Positions 52,566 through 61,140 are shown, counted from the first letter of the stretch. The stretch: 64,000 bases of DNA from Ostrea edulis (GCF_947568905.1 NC_079164.1:9238001-9302000), one strand, 5' to 3'. Numbers and translations are program-made. The notes: a model not told the origin generated them from the letters alone.

Positions 52566-53437
52566 ACATGGTCGACGGAACTATAAGCCGCTAATCTAGA
52601 ACAGGGGACTGATAATCAACCAATCTTTTTTACTTGCTCAACTATTTACTTTTTTTTTAAATTTTGAATCATGACAATCATCAGTGATGCCAAATAGTCA
52701 TCAGGTTTTTCGAAACATTCTTCGGTGTTGCCGAACATTCATCAGATTTGCCAAACATCAATGTTGCCAAATAATCGCTAGTGTTGCCACGTAAGACAAA
52801 ACCTCTAGCACGTCACAATGTTACACCCTTTCCGAAACAGAACACAACTCTTGGAATTTTCTTCTGGATTCACGAAATTCATTTTAAATATCAGCTGGTG
52901 GTAAATAGGCAAAGACTCATTTCACCAAAATACACAGTCAGAGAACCTGTTCTTTTCCATGGAGTCTGTAGAACACCGGAGCATGCGCGCCCGCCTCGCG
53001 GAACCTAGACCAGTATGCAATTCAGATCTCACAAGTTTTGTTTTGTACACATTTTTGCTTTGACTGAACATTTTCTATTTAAAGATTGTTTAACCATTAC
53101 CATGGTATTAAAATGTGTTTAAACATATCTTTGTTTCTTTGTTTGTTTTAAGTCCTTTCGAGGATTTTTATTTCCTCTCATGTTGGGACATTAGCAGCTG
53201 TCATTGAAGTGTTACAAATCTAGACCTTTGCCATAAAAACGCATCTAATGCGGATGGTCGACTGTTTACAGGAAGCTACATGGTGTTCTATAACAGACAG
53301 GGCATGCACTTGCACACTTCTCGAAATGTCAATCCCTTTCTTCTGATATATTTAATGACTCCATTTGCATTCCTGTAGTGATCACGTTGTCATGTGATTG
53401 TGTAGACTGTGACACACTTTGCTATGTCAAGCGTTGC

Positions 53438-53610
53438 ACTGGTCTATCAGGGGAAGTATCAGAATAGAATATTTATGTATTCACTGGTCTATCAGGGGAA
53501 TTCACTGGTCTATCAAGGGAAGTATCAGAATAGAATATTTATGTATTCACTGGTCTATCAGGGGAATTCACTGGTCTATCAAGGGAAGTATCAGAATAGA
53601 ATATTTATGT
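53438..53610. repeat. 66-bp tandem repeat (~2.5 copies) with internal 21-bp subrepeat
   Basis: cactggtctatca(g/a)gggaagtatcagaatagaatatttatgtatt... Confidence 0.9.
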
Positions 53611-54801
53611 ATTTATTTCAAAGAAACAAAAACATGATTAAGTGTATATCATAAGAATGGTTGAGATTGAAAACAAGTGCATATGCACTTATACTAATTC
53701 CTTTCTCATTAATACATGCTAACAAAATAATGGCGATTACGTTTTGACAAGAAAAGAAAGTGAGCAAAAACAACAACTGAAGAACAGAAAAAAAAGAGGT
53801 TCAATTGTCCAGAATAATAACAATTATACATCACGGAATATTTACTAGTATTGTGCACGGAATCCTATAATCTGTTAGAGTTTCTGTAAATCGGGAAACC
53901 ATTACGTATACATACGCAGTTAATTTGTGCATCCAGTATATACGAGTACATGTGATTGAGAAGAGAGATCTATTTATTTTACTATTGTTCTTAATGATTG
54001 ATAGTTTGTTAATTATTTCCCAGTTGCTCTTCAATAAAGGTTTTTGTTGGGACGGGGGAAGGGGGGGGGGTTGTCCCTCTGAACACGGATGCTGTGATTG
54101 TGATGCACATAAGTAAAATACAGAATAAAATTCAAAGTAATGGGTTACTACCATGAATGAACTAGTTTTCTTCCTGTCGTATCTAAGATTACATGTTGAC
54201 AGTTCTACTGTTAGAGCGAGCATGCGCAGATCCACATTATTTTCCCAGGGAAGAGGTTTCACCTCATGTCATTTTAGGGGCCCAGTCGTTAGGGGCTTCA
54301 TGCCATTTTAGGGGCCCAGTCGTTAGGGGCTACCATTTAGTATTTTACATGTACAACTGAAAGTGCATAAAAATAGTTGAATATTCTTATTTTCTATCAA
54401 TTAAGCTCAGGGGGTGGTTATAAGGGGCCTGTATGCGCACCTGACAGAACCTCTACCAATGGAATTAATGTGGGTTTTTTTTTATAGCTGAAAACTAATC
54501 CGTCCGCGGACGTTAAACATAGAGAAAAAAAACTTGGAATGGCCTAATGTTGTGAGTACTAAGAGAAACTCCAATCGACAGAAATAAATGTACAGATCAT
54601 TTTCCTTTTTACATTCTTCCCATGGGTATACACCGGTATCAACTTACCTTTTGTGGGTTGTTTTAAGAATGAATTTAATTTTTGAAAATACATGAAGGTA
54701 TGAAGTGCAACTCCTCACGCCAGCCTACTTCATGAAGCGCGTTAGCAAGAGCACTGGAAATGTAAATATCCTGTAATGAACAGTTTTAGGACGAATCTTA
54801 A

Positions 54802-55124
54802 GGAGGTATGCTACACCATAGATATTTGATATGGATGAAAAGTGGAGGATACGTACAACGATAATTTAAATTAAAAACTTTCCATTTTACTTTAATTAGT
54901 CAAAAAATGCAGTTTTAGTAGAAAGTATTTTGAAAAATAAAAAATAAAACCCCTACTAGCTAGGCTCGAACCCGCGATCTACAATTCAGTAGTCCACGTG
55001 CTAAGCTACTGAGCTACTCAGCAAGGCGATAGTTAATTAAATGAATAGGCAAATATTGCTGATAGCTATATTTTCATCTATGTTTTAAAGGAAGTCAGCC
55101 ATTATGACGAAGTAGAGTACATCC
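54802..55124. mobile_element. TTAA-flanked MITE (Kolobok-like); related copies at ~32987-33490 and ~47817-48090
   Basis: ttaa|ggaggtatgctac...gtagagtacatcc|ttaa; shared gatatggatg(g)aaaa...gga and aggaagtcagccatt segments. Confidence 0.6.
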
Positions 55125-55189
55125 TTAAGTGCGATTTCCACAGTATCTTCGGGAAGATGGAGTGTTTAGAGACAGTTCCCGAAGCCCCG

Positions 55190-55426
55190 GCCTGGAGGTT
55201 ATAAAACGTTTTTGTGCACGTTTTCATACTCAAACTCTGTGCTCTAAATTGTACTCATACTCAAAAGCGAAGGTTATAAAACTTTTTATAAATCATTCTC
55301 ACACTCAAAGGAAGTACATGCTCAAGATTGTTCGAGTATGTTGAGAGCTTGATCAGAGTTGTACTCAAAACAAAAATAGCTGAGTTTGAGTACGAGTACG
55401 ATAAAAGTTTTGTAACCTCCGGGCCA
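55190..55426. mobile_element. Small TIR element
   Basis: ggcctggaggttataaaac ... agttttgtaacctccgggcc inverted ends. Confidence 0.55.
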
Positions 55427-55908
55427 GATCTCCTCTATGAACGTTAAGTTGTATATACTTCATACACAGTATATACCTCAAGATTTTTCAGCAGCAACTT
55501 TCGTATGGACATGTTTAAATAGTTATCTCCCTTTGAACAGATACTCGCCTTCAATATTGCGTGCATACTCGTTGGCAGTCAAAGGAAAATAGTCTGTTTG
55601 ATCCTTAAGGCACTACAGCTGTGAGAACAGCACTCCCTAATTTAACTTTACAAATGGAATGCTATTTTAGAATATTCAATCTTCCAGGACTACATAAATG
55701 TTAGAAAAGTAATTCGATGTAAATGTGCATATAAAAGAGTATGGTCTCTGAACCAGTCTCTGAAACGGTTAAAAATCAATCGAGAGGGAAAAAATAAACA
55801 CTTTTGAATTAAATGAAAAATTCCAAAACCTTTATTTCAGTAATTAGTTTGTTTGAAGATGTTGGCAAGATGAATTATGCATAGAGATTGAAGTCAGAAA
55901 AGCTCCTT

Positions 55909-56100
55909 AGTAGTATAACGCGTCCCGATAGGGAGGTCAACTGAGTGCACTTTTTATGCAAATGAGGTCAAGTAAGGGCGTTTTTGATTGGTCAAGCGGT
56001 GTTGGGGTCAACGGAGTGCACTAGGACGGGGTCAACCCCAGCAGGGGTTGTAGAGCGGGTGAATAGACTGGCCTATGGCCGCTGGTCTATGATGCGGTAC
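55909..56100 (+). promoter_or_regulatory. Putative terminal inverted repeat / replication origin of the Polinton
   Basis: Starts AGTAGT; contains ATGCAAAT (55956-55963), five GGTCAA and two GAGTGCACT. The right TIR is not in the window, so the extent is unknown. Confidence 0.6.
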
Positions 56101-56337
56101 TTTCGCTTTGAGTTCCTGGAATGAGTTCCTGCTATTTTTCTGAAAATCGGTATAAAATCCAGTGAAATCCTGTGTATTAAATCTAAAAGAATAACAGTGT
56201 ATTAAATCTAAAAGAATAACACAAGGTTTTAAGTTGACATGTTTATTAAAGAACAATGGTACAAGCATAGAACAATGCAAAACAATTCAATAAGCATAAA
56301 AACAGTTCAATAAGCATAACAGTTCAAGCACAGTCCA

Positions 56338-57255
56338 TTACTTTCTGCTGAGTTTCTTCTTCTTTTTTGGCCGTTCTTCAGTAGGTGCAGGTGGATTCCA
56401 CATCTCTAACGGTGTGTATTCTCTCTTCACAGGGGGTTTTGAGCCAGGTACGGGTCCAATCATCGCATCTATCTCCGCTTGTTCTTCTGGACACTCACTA
56501 ATCCAGTGTCCTATTTTTCCGCATTTGAAGCAAGGATCCTTTTGTTTGGTTTTCTTGCTGGTCTGTTGAGAATCTGCCGACCACGATTTCTTACTGGTCT
56601 GCGGATAATCTGTTTTCTGTGGGCAATCCGGCGACCAATGTCCTGTTTCTCCACACGTGTAGCACGGGTTAGCAGTGTAATCTGGAGTGTATTCCTTCCT
56701 AGGTTTTTTAGAAGTCAGGTCTTCCAGCTTCTTCAGTAGGATTGTGGTATGATTTCCAATCTCATTACTCAGCACATTAATGCGGTTAACGATCCCGTCG
56801 AGTGTCGTGGTAATGATGGCGAAATCGGTCCTGCTCATGGGGGAATCTTCTCCGCCGAAGGGGGGTTTATCGTATAAGCCCATCTCCAGTCCCGTAGCGT
56901 CCTGTGAATCGGGAAAATAGAAGCCTAATCCCGGGTCTGTCGGATTCTGGCTAGGGAGGTAATCCGAGGTCTGGGCCATCTTCACTTGTCGAGCAACGTG
57001 GTCTGAAGGCGTGAGATTGAAGCTCGTGGTCTGGTTCGAGGTCTGGGCCATCTTCTTCTCTTCTCTTCTTCTTTGAGCAACGTAGTCTGGAGACGTGAGC
57101 AAGAAGTTCGAGGTCTTCCCCAGTTCAGTCTTCTGATCGTCACTCTTAGCTTTCTTCAGTTCAATGTAGTCTTTCTGTGGCCCCATCTCCTTCTGTACCA
57201 GCTGATCTATTTTCTTCTGAGCTTTGTCCACAAATTCTAGTTGTTTCTGAGCCAT
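56338..57255 (-). CDS. Viral protein with two CCHC zinc knuckles, coiled coil and C-terminal basic NLS (305 aa)
   Basis: CYTCGETGHWSPDC and CFKCGKIGHWISEC; RPKKKKKLSRK; TATAAAA at 57314-57308 upstream and AATAAA (minus) near 56242-56247. Confidence 0.85.
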   Translation of the reverse strand: MAQKQLEFVDKAQKKIDQLVQKEMGPQKDYIELKKAKSDDQKTELGKTSNFLLTSPDYVAQRRREEKKMAQTSNQTTSFNLTPSDHVARQVKMAQTSDYLPSQNPTDPGLGFYFPDSQDATGLEMGLYDKPPFGGEDSPMSRTDFAIITTTLDGIVNRINVLSNEIGNHTTILLKKLEDLTSKKPRKEYTPDYTANPCYTCGETGHWSPDCPQKTDYPQTSKKSWSADSQQTSKKTKQKDPCFKCGKIGHWISECPEEQAEIDAMIGPVPGSKPPVKREYTPLEMWNPPAPTEERPKKKKKLSRK

Positions 57256-57540
57256 GTCTTCTGGAAGGTGATTGAAGATCGAATGAGGACTGACACTGGG
57301 GCTCCGCTTTTATAGCCAGCAAAATGTCTAGACTATTCTGTCTCGTGAGGGGCACGTGGGGAGCACGTGGTTGCATCATCTTTTTCTGGAAAAACCGGTT
57401 TCAGCTAGAACATCGCGCGACCAGCGCGTGCTAGTGCACTAATTGAACTTGAAAAGCCGGTTTCTCGCAACCAGCGCGTGCTAGTGCCCATTGGTACACA
57501 TTGACTTTAGTGGAATGGAACTTATATTGGTGTTTAAAGT

Positions 57541-57556
57541 AGCCCTAAAAAGGGCT
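57541..57556 (-). terminator. Histone-type 3' stem-loop (AGCCCT-TTTT-AGGGCT-AC) downstream of the Rep-like ORF
   Basis: Perfect 6-bp stem, 4-nt U loop, 19 nt after the TAA stop. Confidence 0.6.
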
Positions 57557-57575
57557 GTGCATGAAGTTTTTATTT

Positions 57576-58082
57576 TTAAAAATGGCCGGCTTCATACGCA
57601 GGTTCTTCTATATACACGTGTAAGTCATGATCTTCGGATATAATGTGTTGTACTAATTGTCGAGCTCTTCTCCCGGGGAAACGTATCTCTTCGACGGTTT
57701 CCCACATCCAGTGTGCATCCCAAAACAATACCCATACACTTCTCCGGTAACGTGGTTTCTCCAGTCGAATAAATCCCGATACTTTTTGAGTGCCGTTCAA
57801 TAACGTGTAAAACTGGTAAATCATGTACTGTATGAGGGGGGAATTTTTCAGGTACATGTCACTTAAACGCAGGTAAATATCCTCCACTGTTTCATGTGAC
57901 CGCAATACATAGTCAAAACACCAATTTTTAGATCGGCCCCAGCGTAATCGATGGCGACATCTCTGTACTAAATTGGCCCAGATCTCCATCTCGTCTACAT
58001 AATCTTCTACTATGGTTAAATTCTCCACTGGTTGTATTCCCTGGCCGCGGCGTCTCGCTCTTAAAATTCTCCGTGTATCCAT
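57576..58082 (-). CDS. Protein with degenerate CRESS-DNA virus Rep (HUH endonuclease)-like domain (168 aa)
   Basis: KNWCF (motif I-like) and IQYMIYQ...GTQKVSGFIRLEK......VWVLFWDAHW align by eye to nanovirus/circovirus Rep (IKYMVYQ...GTRHVQGYVEMK......MRGFFPGAHL). Confidence 0.6.
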   Translation of the reverse strand: MDTRRILRARRRGQGIQPVENLTIVEDYVDEMEIWANLVQRCRHRLRWGRSKNWCFDYVLRSHETVEDIYLRLSDMYLKNSPLIQYMIYQFYTLLNGTQKVSGFIRLEKPRYRRSVWVLFWDAHWMWETVEEIRFPGRRARQLVQHIISEDHDLHVYIEEPAYEAGHF

Positions 58083-58117
58083 GACTGAAGGTCAGACAAG
58101 AATGACTGTAGAAAAAC

Positions 58118-58197
58118 CAGCTGACGTACAGGTGCTTGATCACGTGGTGCAGGTGTTTGATCACGTGATGCATAACCTTTACCTATAAATACAGGTG
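58118..58197. promoter_or_regulatory. Bidirectional promoter between the Rep-like gene and the Bcl-2-like cluster
   Basis: E-boxes at 58118, 58129, 58141, 58150, 58162, 58192; TGACGT at 58122; TATAAATA at 58184-58191. Confidence 0.6.
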
Positions 58198-58221
58198 TTT
58201 TCTGAACGTTCGTTATTTACT

Positions 58222-58554
58222 ATGGGGGGCAGTGCTACTACGAGAATAAATGGATATAGTTATGTACTACAATGTATGAACGTGGCCTTACATAATCCTC
58301 ACATTCAAAATGCTCGTCAATTTGTACAACAGATGTCACCGGAGGTCAGAAATGTACATAGTTTTCAACGGATTGCTGATTCATTAGCGGAGAATACCAA
58401 TACGGGACGTTTACTCATGATTTATTTGTATGCTGAGGAATTGAAACAGAATCTTCCAGACCAGATGAGTGACATTGATCGGATCTTACGCGATTGTCTA
58501 CAAAAAGGATTCGTGGAACTGATTCGTATGAAAGGAATGGCTGCCCTGTTATAA
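58222..58554 (+). CDS. Viral Bcl-2-like protein, paralog 1 (110 aa)
   Basis: SFQRIADSLAENTNTGRLLMIYLYAEEL resembles BH1 (F..V..ELF....NWGRIV..F.FG..L); FVELIRMKGMAAL sits at the BH2 position. Confidence 0.65.
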   Translation: MGGSATTRINGYSYVLQCMNVALHNPHIQNARQFVQQMSPEVRNVHSFQRIADSLAENTNTGRLLMIYLYAEELKQNLPDQMSDIDRILRDCLQKGFVELIRMKGMAALL

Positions 58555-58591
58555 AACAAGAACGTTTTAGAATTTTTTCATTTTGATCATC

Positions 58592-58945
58592 ATGGCTGAA
58601 TTGACCAACAACGTTCTTACCGCTGTATTACAGCATTTCGAGGACTACAAAGAATCGGTGAACAACGCTCGTAGCGCTGCATTACGGTGTATCAAGGACT
58701 GGAAAGAAAAACAGCCGTTGAGATATAAATTCGCCATGAAGTTGTTGATCTTTTGGGAATTTCCTATGACCTTATATGAATATTCCAGCGTTTGCAAGCA
58801 TATAGCCGACAACCTGAACAGAGAGTCTGGATTGATCATGATTTATACCATGGACCAAGAATTTAGACGACGGGAACCTGAGAAGACTGGGGCGATTGTA
58901 GCGATTACCGATCACTGGCTGGAAAAGGTGTATAAAAAAACCTAA
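58592..58945 (+). CDS. Bcl-2-fold-like paralog 2 (117 aa)
   Basis: FPMTLYEY...GLIMIYTMDQEFRRREPEKTGAI..I...WLEKVYK is shared with paralogs 1, 3 and 4. Confidence 0.7.
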   Translation: MAELTNNVLTAVLQHFEDYKESVNNARSAALRCIKDWKEKQPLRYKFAMKLLIFWEFPMTLYEYSSVCKHIADNLNRESGLIMIYTMDQEFRRREPEKTGAIVAITDHWLEKVYKKT

Positions 58946-58973
58946 CCGTTTTCTTTTCCTTTATTCCTGGAGG

Positions 58974-59321
58974 ATGGCCAGCAGTGACAACATCGCAGAA
59001 AAAGCGCATAACCATGCATTAGAATGGGTGGAGAAAATGCAAGACGATACGGTGTTTCAAGCTGTTAAAAATTATCTGATAGCGGGGGTGTTTCCAATGA
59101 CTCTGGACGAATATACAGATCTACGGAACCATGTGTACATCAATCTCTATAACGATGCGGGGTTGATGTTAATTTATGTCGCGGGGGAGGAATTCAAGAA
59201 ACGCATGCCTGAAAAAACCGCCGAGATTGAAAGTATCACCAAGGACTGGCTTCGAGAAGTATACATAAAGTGTGAAGAACTTAATTCATTTCATTTATTC
59301 CCGGAGGATGGCCAGCAGTGA
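58974..59321 (+). CDS. Bcl-2-fold-like paralog 3 (115 aa)
   Basis: FPMTLDEY...GLMLIYVAGEEFKKRMPEKTAEIESITKDWLREVYIK. Confidence 0.7.
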   Translation: MASSDNIAEKAHNHALEWVEKMQDDTVFQAVKNYLIAGVFPMTLDEYTDLRNHVYINLYNDAGLMLIYVAGEEFKKRMPEKTAEIESITKDWLREVYIKCEELNSFHLFPEDGQQ

Positions 59322-59613
59322 CCACATCACAGAGAAAGCGATAGTTTATGTATTGGATTATCTCACAGACATTCATTCTGGGCAGTTTGAATTTGTGTTA
59401 CACTATATGCGAGAAGAATTATTTCCCATCAGCTTAAAGGACTATCCATGTCTCTGTCAGTATTTGATCGAGAACCGGATCACCCCGCAAGCCTTAGTAC
59501 TGATTCATTTAATGGGCCAGGAATTGAAACGAATTCGACCCACAGACAGAGCAGAAATCGAGAAAATCAGACTACGATGTCTTCGAGAGATGTACGTCAA
59601 GTTAAACGTGTGA
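59308..59613 (+). CDS. Bcl-2-fold-like paralog 4 (101 aa)
   Basis: Same MASSD N-terminus and 5' nucleotide context as paralog 3; FPISLKDY...ALVLIHLMGQELKRIRP...EIEKI...CLREMYVK. Confidence 0.7.
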   Translation: MASSDHITEKAIVYVLDYLTDIHSGQFEFVLHYMREELFPISLKDYPCLCQYLIENRITPQALVLIHLMGQELKRIRPTDRAEIEKIRLRCLREMYVKLNV

Positions 59614-59795
59614 CTTTTAATCTGGATCAAAATGAAGTGCATCTGTTACCCGAAGAAGACCGGACAAGTATCTGGATGACTGTAGCTGCTGATCGATATC
59701 GATTTCAACGCAGGATTCGAGAAATGGAAAAAATGTTGGACCCTATTTTAAAAAGACATGTGCATTGGTGTTGTGTGTGGGAGTTATGTATTTGA
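59577..59795 (+). CDS. DP71L/ICP34.5/GADD34-type PP1 regulatory subunit (eIF2-alpha dephosphorylation adaptor), 72 aa
   Basis: KRVTF (RVxF) followed by R..IW...AADRYRFQRRIREMEKMLDPIL, matching the PPP1R15 C-terminal motif (W...A.DR.RF.RRI...E..L...L). Confidence 0.88.
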   Translation: MSSRDVRQVKRVTFNLDQNEVHLLPEEDRTSIWMTVAADRYRFQRRIREMEKMLDPILKRHVHWCCVWELCI

Positions 59796-59808
59796 AATAT
59801 GTGACATG

Positions 59809-59814
59809 AATAAA
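59809..59814 (+). terminator. Poly(A) signal closing the five-gene plus-strand cluster
   Basis: AATAAA 13 nt after the DP71L-like stop, followed by GT-rich sequence. Confidence 0.65.
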
Positions 59815-60351
59815 ATTGTTTACACGAAAGCTGTGTTTGGTTGAGTCTCTCAGAGAAGGGTTTATTTGTTGAGGAATCCAGAAAATCCTAAAGGTAGAGT
59901 GAAAATCGAATCAAATAAGGTGTTTTCTATCGAATAGACCTTATGAGATGTTGTTAGGGATGTACATGGTCGAGAAATAAATTTTTAAAGAGGGGGTGAA
60001 GAAACATTGAACCTCGACTCGACCTCTTTAACCGCTGTTTCTTTGAAAACTATGCGACGTAGCAAAATAAAAATAAGTTTAACGCATTCGCCGTCTCAGA
60101 ATCTATCAGATTAAATCTACCTTGCACAGATATCGAATGTCTAGAAAAAGACAATGAGAAAAAACTCTCTACTCGAAAGCACAAATCCGCCATTTTGACG
60201 GCCACCATCTTGGCTTCGTCTCCGAAGCGAGGGATGTTTTCGAGGAGGTCCGCGCTTTCCTGATATATACCGGCGCACTCGCCAGTTCGCTTCACTGGTG
60301 ATCCAGCACAGTTGTAGAAGATTTTTGAAGATTATTTAAGAAGAAAGAAGA

Positions 60352-61140
60352 ATGTCTGCAAGAAGAGACCCGCTCTACAATTTCCAGACCTTGCCTGGAT
60401 TCCGGTACCGGCTCCTAGTGGTGGCTGAGGAACGGGTAGGGGAGAATTGGGTCGTGCGTTCTGAGAACGACCTGAGCACCTTCTCCCCTTTCGACCAGAG
60501 TGGGGTCCGTGAGATCATCTGCCGGGTGCGGGCCGAGTATGAAGGGAGGGCACCCCGCCGCCGCACCGCTCGAATCTCCACGGCCACGAGACCGCGCCGA
60601 CGGGCCCCACAGCCACCCTCACCACCACCACCTTACTCCCCGGTGACGCCTACAACACCACCACCAGCGATCCCATCGGCACCAGTGGAATACAGCCCGG
60701 TGCCGATGAGCGACTCACCAGCGTCACCGGTGGAGTATTCACCGCGGTCACCGTCCCCCGCACCACCTCCCAGTCCAGCCCAGAGTCCGTCGCTGTTGGT
60801 GGCAGCCACGTCATCACCACCGAGACCAGCAGCCCCTGCAAGACCCCCACCACCTACCATCCGGTTTGCAGGGAGGACTCCACCACCGAGACCAACCCAC
60901 GCACCGGTGGCAACTCATCCCCCGAGGAACCACCCTATGACTGTCCCTGGCTGGGCAGATAGGGCGGTTCCCATCTGGTTTAAGTGTCCTGTCTGCTGGC
61001 AAGACAGGGTACACTCTGGAATTACGTGTAGGGGATGTGGGCAGCGCCCAGCTTGCTGCTCGTGCGTGGAAGAGTTACAGGAGCGGCGACACACCCGGGG
61101 ACGGTGCCCGTTATGCCGGTTTACCGGAAGCAGGGAATGA
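60352..61140 (+). CDS. Proline-rich protein with C-terminal C4C4 RING-like finger (putative viral E3 ligase), 262 aa
   Basis: C-x2-C-x10-C-x2-C-x5-C-x2-C-x13-C-x2-C; PPPY motif; TATATA near 60264 upstream. Confidence 0.8.
   Translation: MSARRDPLYNFQTLPGFRYRLLVVAEERVGENWVVRSENDLSTFSPFDQSGVREIICRVRAEYEGRAPRRRTARISTATRPRRRAPQPPSPPPPYSPVTPTTPPPAIPSAPVEYSPVPMSDSPASPVEYSPRSPSPAPPPSPAQSPSLLVAATSSPPRPAAPARPPPPTIRFAGRTPPPRPTHAPVATHPPRNHPMTVPGWADRAVPIWFKCPVCWQDRVHSGITCRGCGQRPACCSCVEELQERRHTRGRCPLCRFTGSRE

Noticed and set aside
59260-59285. IKCEE in paralog 3 as an LxCxE-like Rb-binding motif
   Set aside because: Imperfect, absent from the paralogs, and easily arises by chance
58968-59310. GGAGG immediately before the ATGs of Bcl-2-like paralogs 3 and 4, resembling a Shine-Dalgarno site
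   Set aside because: Zero spacing to the ATG and a eukaryotic nuclear context; better explained by gene duplication or a splice acceptor
60050-60295. 81-aa minus-strand ORF
   Set aside because: Non-ATG start, overlaps the RING-gene promoter, no recognisable motif
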